This document shows, in pieces, positions 55,878 through 63,019 of a stretch of DNA of 64,000 bases. The position numbers and the translations under genes are program-made. The DNA is taken from the NCBI GenBank assembly GCA_037076615.1, contig AP029158.1:261470-325469 (forward strand). The letters are read 5' to 3'. How positions within the stretch are numbered: position 1 is the first letter of the stretch; each line of letters starts with the position of its first letter. Under the pieces are notes generated by a model. The model saw nothing but the letters and a program-made list of their open reading frames with translations. It did not search any database and was not told where the DNA came from. The DNA is from Candidatus Parcubacteria bacterium (GTDB taxonomy: Bacteria; Patescibacteriota; Patescibacteriia; Patescibacteriales; UBA12465).

Positions 55878-57337
55878 AACTAGTCGGTAAAACAAGCAGC
55901 CTTACTTTTGCGCTCTTAGCAGTTGTTAGCGGCCTGTCAATTTTGAATTATTTTTTCCCGGGTTACAGTTGGTTAATGCTGGCGGTGATTGGCCTTGCTG
56001 TTTTTGGTTTATCTCTTTACCGTCTCGAGTATGGAGTTTTAGCGCTAGTGGCCGAATTAGTTGTTGGCTCCAAGGGGCGCTTATTAGAAGAAGGTCTGGC
56101 TTCCTTGCGCATGGTTATTTTTGTCGCGGTCATGACGGCCTACTTAATAAAAATTATTAAAGCCCGATCACTGGGAAATTTACCCACCTTTATTAAAAAT
56201 AATAAAACAGTTGTTTTCTTTGTGGCCCTGCTATTTTTTTTAGCACTAGGATTTGTCAGCGGCCTTATCTATTCTTATCCACTTACGACTATTTTTGCCG
56301 ATGTTAATAGTTGGCTCTTTTTAGCCCTGATTTTTCCGATTATTGCCGTCTATTATCAAGCCTCGGCTTCGGTCTATCAACGTTTGGTTCAAGTTTTAAG
56401 TGGCGCGCTCTTATGGTTAATTGGCGAAACTTTTTTTATTCTCTTCGCTTTTACTCATAGCCTTCCTTTTATCTCCGACCTCTATTGGTGGCTGCGGAAA
56501 ACTGGGTTAGCGGAAGTGACGGCGGCGGCGGGTTCCTGGTCGCGCATCTTTTTTCAGTCACATCTTTACCCGGCTTTGGCGGTGGTCATTTTGCCTTTTA
56601 TCAAAACAAAACAACGTGGGGCCGCTCTGGCTTTAAGTGTTTTATCTTGGGGCGCCTTAATTCTTTCCATGTCGCGTAGTTTTTGGTTGGCAGTAATTTG
56701 TGCGGCCGGAGTGGGAATTTTTATACTTTTACTCAGCAAAAAATGGAAGCTAGCCGGGCAAACGCTTCTAAAAATTATCTGGCCAGCGATTTTGGGGGTT
56801 GTACTAATTTTTGGTACAGCCGCTTTTCCTTTTCCTAAACCGGGGTTAATTTCAGTTGAAGCGCTATCAGATCGTTTGGAGGTTGATAGTTCGGAGCCAG
56901 CTGTCGCCTCTCGCTGGTCTTTGCTTGGCCCGCTCTGGAAAGGTATCGGCGAAAATTGGCTTTTAGGTAGCGGTTTCGGGCGTGAAATCGTTTATGAAAC
57001 TTCTGATCCGCGCTTTTTAGATATGCAAAAGACGAGCACTTACAGCACTTATGCTTTTGAGTGGGGCTATTTTGGACTCTGGTTAAAGATTGGTGTTTTG
57101 GGTCTTTTAGCTTATTTAGCCTTACTTTTTTCTTTCCTCGGGCAAAATTTAAAACGCTGGCGCGCTGGCGATGATCTTTCTGGAGCCTTGGCGGTGGCAC
57201 TACTCGCCTTAATAGCTATTCATTTTTTTACCCCTTATCTTGATCACCCACTCGGTTTTCTAATTTGGTTTTTAATTTGGGTTATTGGTGCCAGCCGAAG
57301 ATTGGAGGCAAATAACTTGCCAGAAATAACAAAATAG
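55874..57337 (+). CDS. O-antigen ligase/polymerase-like membrane protein (Wzy_C family)
   Basis: It is polytopic, about 12 TM. The SMSRSFWLA motif and a following periplasmic loop are typical of the O-antigen ligase domain. Confidence 0.75.
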   Translation: MKLVGKTSSLTFALLAVVSGLSILNYFFPGYSWLMLAVIGLAVFGLSLYRLEYGVLALVAELVVGSKGRLLEEGLASLRMVIFVAVMTAYLIKIIKARSLGNLPTFIKNNKTVVFFVALLFFLALGFVSGLIYSYPLTTIFADVNSWLFLALIFPIIAVYYQASASVYQRLVQVLSGALLWLIGETFFILFAFTHSLPFISDLYWWLRKTGLAEVTAAAGSWSRIFFQSHLYPALAVVILPFIKTKQRGAALALSVLSWGALILSMSRSFWLAVICAAGVGIFILLLSKKWKLAGQTLLKIIWPAILGVVLIFGTAAFPFPKPGLISVEALSDRLEVDSSEPAVASRWSLLGPLWKGIGENWLLGSGFGREIVYETSDPRFLDMQKTSTYSTYAFEWGYFGLWLKIGVLGLLAYLALLFSFLGQNLKRWRAGDDLSGALAVALLALIAIHFFTPYLDHPLGFLIWFLIWVIGASRRLEANNLPEITK

Positions 57338-57406
57338 CGTATATTAAAAAGCGTTAAATTTTAAAATCGCCGCTTAGGCGATTATTAGTTTTTAAGTGTT
57401 TAAACT

Positions 57407-57865
57407 ATGTCTTCAGAACAAATTATTACCCAGGCCGGGTATGATAAACTAAAGGAGGAATACGACTTTTTAACCACCACCAAGCGGCGCGAAATTGCTG
57501 ATCGGATTGAGCGGGCCAAAGATTTAGGTGACTTATCGGAGAATGCGGAATACAGCGAAGCTAAAGACGCCCAAGCTTTGAATGAGGGGCGGATTTTAGA
57601 ATTGGCAGCTACTTTAAAAAATGTCACGGTTGTTAACCATCAGTCTAATGGTGAAGTGGTTTTAGGTTCAGTAGTCAGTGCTAAAGTGGATGGCAAAGAG
57701 AAAAAATTTACAATTGTCAGTTTTAACGAAGCTGATCCGTTAAATGGTTTTGTTTCTAATGAATCACCGTTAGGCGTCGCCTTTTTGGGAAAGAAAAAAG
57801 GTGCTATAGTAGAGGTGGAAACTCCGCGTGGAGTGGTCGTTTATAAGATTATTAAAGTCGCTTAA
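57407..57865 (+). CDS. greA: Transcription elongation factor GreA
   Basis: DLSENAEYSEAK coiled-coil tip, and a C-terminal domain with ESPLGVAFLGKKKGAIV. Confidence 0.92.
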   Translation: MSSEQIITQAGYDKLKEEYDFLTTTKRREIADRIERAKDLGDLSENAEYSEAKDAQALNEGRILELAATLKNVTVVNHQSNGEVVLGSVVSAKVDGKEKKFTIVSFNEADPLNGFVSNESPLGVAFLGKKKGAIVEVETPRGVVVYKIIKVA

Positions 57866-57867
57866 AT

Positions 57868-59346
57868 ATGAGTGAAGAGCTGCTCGCAAATTCAGGCAGT
57901 GAACGGGAAGACCGTGTAAAAAAATTAGCCGCCTTAAAAGAATTGAACATTGCCGCTTATCCGGCTCAGGTCCATCGCGATAAAATGATCGCCGAGTTTT
58001 TGAGCAGTTTTGATAATTTAATTAAGTCTCAGGAAAAACTTATTCTGGCTGGACGTTTGCGAGCCAAAAGGGAACACGGTAATTTAGCTTTTGCCGATTT
58101 AGAGGATGTGAGCGGTCGTTTACAGTTGGTCTTTTCTAAAAAAGAATTGGGGCCGGAAAAATATAAAACTTTTTTAAAGTTAATTGATGTTGCCGATTTT
58201 ATTCAAGTGACCGGTACCGCTTTTTTGACTCATAAAGGAGAAAGCAGTTTATTGGTTAGCGACTGGACTTTATTAACTAAGTCTTTGCGGCCTATTCCTG
58301 ATTCTTGGTATGGCCTCAAGGGTGAGGAGGATCGTTTACGTAAACGTTATTTGGATTTACTGCTCAATCCCGAGAAGCGGGAGTTGTTTATCAAAAAGGC
58401 GCATTTTTGGGAAGTGACCAGAGATTTTATGAAACGTCACGGCTTTTTTGAGGTGGAGACGCCAACCCTAGAGCTAACCACCGGCGGTGCCGAAGCCAAT
58501 CCTTTTAAAACTCATCATGATGATTTTGATCTGAATGTTTATCTACGCATTTCCGTTGGCGAATTATGGCAGAAGCGTTTGATTGCTGCTGGTTATGAAA
58601 AGGTTTTTGAAGTTGGCCGGGTTTATCGCAACGAAGGTTCAAGCGCCGATCACTTGCAAGAATTTACTAATTTGGAGTTCTATTGGGCTTATGCTGATTA
58701 TGAAATGGGCATGAAGCTGGCGCAAGAATTGTACCAAGAAATTGCGCAAGAGGTTTTTGGTCGCACCGATTTTGAAACTCGAGGAATGAAGTTTGATTTA
58801 GCGGGTGAGTGGCCACATTTAGATTATTGTACGGCAGTTAAAGAGAGAACAGGGATTGATGTTTTGACTGCTTCCGAGGAAGAAATGAAGGCTAAACTAG
58901 AAGAGTTACAAGTAAAATATGATGGCGATAATCGTGAACGTTTAATTGATACGCTTTGGAAGTATTGCCGCCGCCAAATTGCCGGTCCGGTATTTTTAGT
59001 TAATCATCCAAAATTAGTTTCACCACTAGCTAAGGCTAAGGCTGATAACCCGGAGCTGACCGAACGTTTTCAAATTATTATTGCCGGCTCGGAAGTGGGT
59101 AACGGTTTTTCGGAATTAAATGATCCGATTGATCAGGCCGAACGTTTTCGTTTGCAGCAGGAGTTGATTGATCGAGGCGATAAAGAGGCAATGATGCCGG
59201 ACTGGGAGTTTGTGGAAATGTTGGAACACGGTTTGCCGCCGACTTGTGGTTTTGGTTTTGGGGAAAGGTTATTTGCTTTTATGTGTGATAAGCCGGTGCG
59301 CGAGGTGACGCTTTTCCCGCTCTTAAAGCCGAAGCAGGGGGAGTAG
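57868..59346 (+). CDS. lysS: Lysine--tRNA ligase, class II
   Basis: OB-fold N-terminus, with class II motifs FFEVETP, YRNEG and GFGFGERL. Confidence 0.95.
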   Translation: MSEELLANSGSEREDRVKKLAALKELNIAAYPAQVHRDKMIAEFLSSFDNLIKSQEKLILAGRLRAKREHGNLAFADLEDVSGRLQLVFSKKELGPEKYKTFLKLIDVADFIQVTGTAFLTHKGESSLLVSDWTLLTKSLRPIPDSWYGLKGEEDRLRKRYLDLLLNPEKRELFIKKAHFWEVTRDFMKRHGFFEVETPTLELTTGGAEANPFKTHHDDFDLNVYLRISVGELWQKRLIAAGYEKVFEVGRVYRNEGSSADHLQEFTNLEFYWAYADYEMGMKLAQELYQEIAQEVFGRTDFETRGMKFDLAGEWPHLDYCTAVKERTGIDVLTASEEEMKAKLEELQVKYDGDNRERLIDTLWKYCRRQIAGPVFLVNHPKLVSPLAKAKADNPELTERFQIIIAGSEVGNGFSELNDPIDQAERFRLQQELIDRGDKEAMMPDWEFVEMLEHGLPPTCGFGFGERLFAFMCDKPVREVTLFPLLKPKQGE

Positions 59347-59362
59347 GGAACAATAAAATAAT

Positions 59363-59433
59363 TCGGGGATCGTCTAATGGTAGGACTGCAGGTTCTGGTC
59401 CTGTATATCTGGGTTCGAATCCTAGTCCCCGAG
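59363..59433 (+). tRNA. tRNA-Gln (anticodon CUG)
   Basis: TCGGGGATCGTCTAATGGTAGGACTGCAGGTTCTGGTCCTGTATATCTGGGTTCGAATCCTAGTCCCCGAG folds as a cloverleaf. It has a U1-A72 pair, anticodon loop UUCUGGU and T-loop GGTTCGAATCC. CCA is not encoded, and it lies 17 nt after lysS. Confidence 0.88.
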
Positions 59434-59442
59434 CAAATTTAC

Positions 59443-59477
59443 AAAAATAGACTACTGATCGTAGTCTATTTTTTTTA
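59443..59477. terminator. Bidirectional rho-independent terminator after tRNA-Gln
   Basis: 9-bp stem atagactac/gtagtctat, 5-nt loop, T8 downstream and an A-run upstream. Confidence 0.7.
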
Positions 59478-59496
59478 TTATTTATTTATTCAAGAT

Positions 59497-59719
59497 TTAA
59501 TCTCCAAGCCAATCACCGTGTATCCTTAAAGTTTGCATATGTACGGCTTGGTGTTCTGCCGGAGTGCAAACATATAAGTTATACGGTTGATTGTTTTTTA
59601 TTTCCATCTTGATGGTGAACTACCTCGTCGAATCTCAGTCTTCTGCCCAAAGATAAAAATCTTATGGCCCCTCCTAACTCCCACCGCACAAAGAGAAGTG
59701 TAAAAGTTGATGTTGGCGA
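59497..59719 (-). pseudogene. HNH endonuclease remnant, split by a frameshift in an A-run
   Basis: One minus-strand frame reads ...LGRRLRFDEVVHHQDGNKKQSTV*. The adjacent frame reads (M)EIKNNQPYNLYVCTPAEHQAVHMQ...*. Removing one A from aaataaaaaac gives VVHHQDGNKNNQPYNLYVCTPAEHQAVH, the HH-N-N-H signature. No ATG start is present upstream. Confidence 0.55.
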
Positions 59720-59841
59720 CTACCGAATATAACAAACTATCTTATAATTACCGCGAAGATTAGGCCTTAAAGCTTTTTTGTGGTTTTTTGGGGTATAGCT
59801 ATCTAAAAAATTCTTAATCTTAGGTGGGTTATCTTACTATA

Positions 59842-59870
59842 TTGACAAAATGTTTCTTTTGTGATACAAT
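59842..59870 (+). promoter_or_regulatory. Strong promoter with an extended -10
   Basis: TTGACA - 17 nt - TACAAT, with a TGn extension (tgaTACAAT). Confidence 0.55.
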
Positions 59871-59877
59871 TCTCTTA

Positions 59878-59925
59878 GTTAAATATTGGAAACTTGTTAG
59901 CTAGAATCTAACGACAATATTTAAC
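59878..59925 (+). other. Structured 5'-UTR element (nested hairpin)
   Basis: A perfect 11-bp outer stem gttaaatattg/caatatttaac encloses a 5-bp inner stem gttag/ctaac with a 7-nt loop. It lies between the promoter and the ATG at 59951. Confidence 0.45.
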
Positions 59926-59950
59926 CGGCACCTTTAAAACTCAATAAAAA

Positions 59951-60949
59951 ATGAAGAAATTTTCTCTATTCCTAATCCTAACACTCATTAGCCTGTCCTC
60001 CACATTCTCTCAAAAAAATTTCAGCCAAATCTTTAATGAAACGGTTGAATTGAATGAAAATCGGTTTAAAGATGTAAACATCATCCAACCGGGAGACACC
60101 GTTTTACTGCCTGCCAGAAGTGGCATGGGAGTTGAGGCCTGGATTACTGATTGGCCGATTCAAAATAACCACGACTGCATGTGGAAGATTGCCGAAAGGT
60201 ATTGGAGCTCAGAAATTCCGACTTTCCCGATCGATACAGTGACGGTGACTCTACCCAGCCCGGCACCAGAAGTTGTCAAAGAAAAAGGGTTGCTCATCTG
60301 GGTGCTTTTAAGTCTATTAATCCTTTTCATTGCCGCTTTTGTTACAATGCTTATCACTCTTTGGAAAAAAAGAGTATACCGTAATCCCGTCATCCCTGGC
60401 GGTTTAAGTAACAACGCCGGTATTGCTGCCAACCAGATTCAGAGCGTGAGTCCAAGCGCTACACTTTCGAAGGTAGAGCGGGGAAAAATTATGGGAGAGG
60501 GGAAGAAAAAAGTGTCCGTTATGTTTAGCGACGGCTTAAAAACTATCTCCTTAAGTCCAGGATTATCAGCTTATCGAGCAACAGAAGTCAATGGCAATAT
60601 CAGTTACTACTTACAACATTGTGGTAACTTAACCGGTGTCTTCGCTGATGGTCGTTTCTCTTTGCCTGAGGGTTGGTATTTCTATCCAGATGTTAAGTCT
60701 AATCACAATGACACAACAGTCTGGGAAAGCACCGCAAATGTTTTTTCAGAAAAAAAAGAAAGTCCTGAGTCTCCTGCCTCCGTCTCCGACACTAAAGTAA
60801 ACCTTGAATCATCGGTTCCCGGAGAAAAGCCCGATAGCGACATCGTTGCTGCTATAAAGGCAATCGGGGAGCTGAAATCTCCGGTCACTAGAATGACCGC
60901 GAATGATGGTCGACTCAACATAACGGTTGAGTTTGATCAAAAGAAATAA
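59951..60949 (+). CDS. Hypothetical bitopic membrane protein (signal peptide, ~100-aa outside domain, TM, ~190-aa cytoplasmic domain)
   Basis: Signal peptide MKKFSLFLILTLISLSSTFSQ and central TM LLIWVLLSLLILFIAAFVTMLITLW. I recognise no family. By eye its codon choice differs from its neighbours, being richer in C-ending codons and in cta/ctc Leu codons. Confidence 0.65.
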   Translation: MKKFSLFLILTLISLSSTFSQKNFSQIFNETVELNENRFKDVNIIQPGDTVLLPARSGMGVEAWITDWPIQNNHDCMWKIAERYWSSEIPTFPIDTVTVTLPSPAPEVVKEKGLLIWVLLSLLILFIAAFVTMLITLWKKRVYRNPVIPGGLSNNAGIAANQIQSVSPSATLSKVERGKIMGEGKKKVSVMFSDGLKTISLSPGLSAYRATEVNGNISYYLQHCGNLTGVFADGRFSLPEGWYFYPDVKSNHNDTTVWESTANVFSEKKESPESPASVSDTKVNLESSVPGEKPDSDIVAAIKAIGELKSPVTRMTANDGRLNITVEFDQKK

Positions 60950-60987
60950 CCCATGTTTTTCCTTTCGTCCTAACATTGGTTATTAGT

Positions 60988-61022
60988 CCCATTACTCTGC
61001 GAAGAGTAATGGGGCTTTTTTT
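60988..61022 (+). terminator. Rho-independent terminator
   Basis: 11-bp stem cccattactct/agagtaatggg, loop gcga, then gcTTTTTTT. Confidence 0.7.
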
Positions 61023-61089
61023 AAATGATTGACAAAGACTGATTATATTGATTAACTGTAGTCAGTTTTTTAACAAAAAAGGGGGAATA

Positions 61090-61545
61090 ATGGAAATAAA
61101 AATTTATGAGAAAGAGCCTGTCGTTTTGAACATGGGCCATGACTGCAGTTTAAAAGAAATGATTGTGGTCGCTAATTACAATTTTTGTAATTATGACATC
61201 AAGAGGGAAAAGCTCCCACTGACAGAATTATCTGATCCGCAAAAAACCTTATTGGTTTCATTACTTTCTTTTGATCAGAGAATTGATTCTAAAGAGGTTA
61301 TTTTACAAATGAAACTTAAAGGTTTTCGTCCCGCTTCTTTAGCGGAACTAATTTATTTTGAGATGGCCTATCCTGAACTTTGCGCCGGCGTTCCCATCAT
61401 TGCTTTGGGCTCTGTTTACCGAGACTCGTTTGGAATTAACAGCGTCCCGCAATTTGTGGCTGACAAAAATGGTCGTAACCTTTTTCTTGATTTAGTTGAT
61501 GGTGATTGGGAGATTGGCGACAAATTTTTGGCCGTTGCTATTTAA
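61090..61545 (+). CDS. Hypothetical cytoplasmic protein (151 aa)
   Basis: The ATG at 61090 is preceded by a GGGGG Shine-Dalgarno 5 nt upstream. The motif block GFRPASLAELIYFEMAYPEL...PIIALGS...KFLAV recalls an uncharacterised family, but I cannot name it. Confidence 0.6.
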   Translation: MEIKIYEKEPVVLNMGHDCSLKEMIVVANYNFCNYDIKREKLPLTELSDPQKTLLVSLLSFDQRIDSKEVILQMKLKGFRPASLAELIYFEMAYPELCAGVPIIALGSVYRDSFGINSVPQFVADKNGRNLFLDLVDGDWEIGDKFLAVAI

Positions 61546-61553
61546 AATTAATT

Positions 61554-61582
61554 CCGTCTACGAAATGTAGACGGTTTTTTTT
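61554..61582 (+). terminator. Rho-independent terminator
   Basis: 8-bp stem ccgtctac/gtagacgg, 5-nt loop, then T8. Confidence 0.7.
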
Positions 61583-61633
61583 ATTAAGCCTAAGAGATAT
61601 GGTATTATATAAAATAGTTAATAATTTAATTAA

Positions 61634-62629
61634 ATGACTATGAGTATTTTAGTAAGCGGCGGAGCGGGTTATATCGGCTCGCACACCTGCGTTGAATTAC
61701 TAAACAATGGTTATTCCGTGATAATTGCTGACAATTTAGTTAATAGTAAAATTGAAGTTATTGATAGAATAAAAGAAATAACCGGCCAGGAACTGACTTT
61801 TTATAAGGTTGATGTTACCGACGAAGTGGCCGTTGAGGAAATATTTTCAAATCATAAAATTGACGGTGTTCTTCATTTTGCCGGTTTTAAAGCGGTGGGT
61901 GAATCTGTGGCCAAGCCTTTAGATTACTATTACAACAATACTCTTAGCACGATGGTTCTGGCTCGAGTTTGTCTGAAGCATGGGGTTAATAAATTTGTCT
62001 TTAGCTCGTCAGCGACGGTCTATGGCGATAACAAATCACCACTTTTAGAAACAATGGAGCTGCTCCCAACGACTAATCCTTATGGTGAAACAAAAGTAAT
62101 AAGCGAGAGAATACTGACCGATGTCGCCCTGGCTAATCCCAATTTTTCTGTGGCCTTGCTCCGTTATTTTAATCCTATTGGTGCTCATAAAAGCGGCTTA
62201 ATTGGCGAATCGCCAAGCGGCGTTCCTAATAATTTGATGCCCTACATTACTCAAGTGGCGAAGGGCCGTCTAGAAAAGTTAAAGATTTTTGGTAACGATT
62301 ATCCAACTATTGATGGCACTGGCGTTAGGGATTACATTCATGTCGTCGATTTGGCTCAGGGTCATGTCTTGGCACTTCAAAAATTAAATGCCGGCGCTCA
62401 TATTTATAACCTAGGCACCAGCCAGGGGACTTCGGTTTTAGAATTACTACAAGCTTTTGAGGAGATTAATGGCCTTAAAATACCTTATGAAATCGTTGAT
62501 AGAAGGCCGGGTGATATTGCTGAGTGTTTTGCTGATGTTGGTAAGGCCGAGCAAGAATTAGGCTGGGAATCTAAATTAAATATCAAGGATATGTGTGAGG
62601 ATGCTTGGCGGTTTGAAAATAATTTTTAA
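61634..62629 (+). CDS. galE: UDP-glucose 4-epimerase
   Basis: GGAGYIGSH, SSSATVYG and YGETK (YxxxK) motifs, with LRYFNP. Confidence 0.92.
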   Translation: MTMSILVSGGAGYIGSHTCVELLNNGYSVIIADNLVNSKIEVIDRIKEITGQELTFYKVDVTDEVAVEEIFSNHKIDGVLHFAGFKAVGESVAKPLDYYYNNTLSTMVLARVCLKHGVNKFVFSSSATVYGDNKSPLLETMELLPTTNPYGETKVISERILTDVALANPNFSVALLRYFNPIGAHKSGLIGESPSGVPNNLMPYITQVAKGRLEKLKIFGNDYPTIDGTGVRDYIHVVDLAQGHVLALQKLNAGAHIYNLGTSQGTSVLELLQAFEEINGLKIPYEIVDRRPGDIAECFADVGKAEQELGWESKLNIKDMCEDAWRFENNF

Positions 62630-62638
62630 TGGTGATCT

Positions 62639-62959
62639 ATGCCCAGAAAGGATATTACCCCATTTTCTCAAGCCGTTTACGAGGCGACGCGCTTAATCCC
62701 GCTGGGCCGTGTTTCTACTTATGGCACGATTGCTAAATTTTTAGGAAAACCGCGGGCGGCGCGAGCGGTGGGCAATGCTTTACACAATAATCCTTTGGCG
62801 CCGCAGGTGCCTTGCCATCGGGTAGTTATGAGTGGCGGCCATCTTGGTGGTTTTGCCGAAGGAATAAAGAAAAAGAAAAAGCTTTTAGAAACAGAGGGTG
62901 TTATTTGTAAGTCTGGCAGGGTAGTTAATTGGTCAGAAATATTTTTTTCCTTTAAGTAG
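62639..62959 (+). CDS. ogt: Methylated-DNA--protein-cysteine methyltransferase (DNA-binding/active-site domain only)
   Basis: IPLGRVSTYG...AARAVGNAL..NP and the active site VPCHRVV, across 106 aa. Confidence 0.85.
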   Translation: MPRKDITPFSQAVYEATRLIPLGRVSTYGTIAKFLGKPRAARAVGNALHNNPLAPQVPCHRVVMSGGHLGGFAEGIKKKKKLLETEGVICKSGRVVNWSEIFFSFK

Positions 62960-63019
62960 TTTTATTTTGGTTTTTTTGGTAAAATTTAAATATCTTAAAG
63001 AAAATTTAATTATTTTCTC

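Noticed and set aside
59628-59640. tcgaatctcagtc resembles the tRNA-Gln T-arm/acceptor segment tcgaatcctagtc (59415-59427), which raises the possibility of an att-site repeat.
   Set aside because: It is only 13 nt with two mismatches and lies inside the HNH remnant reading frame (RFDE codons). That is too weak to call an attachment site.
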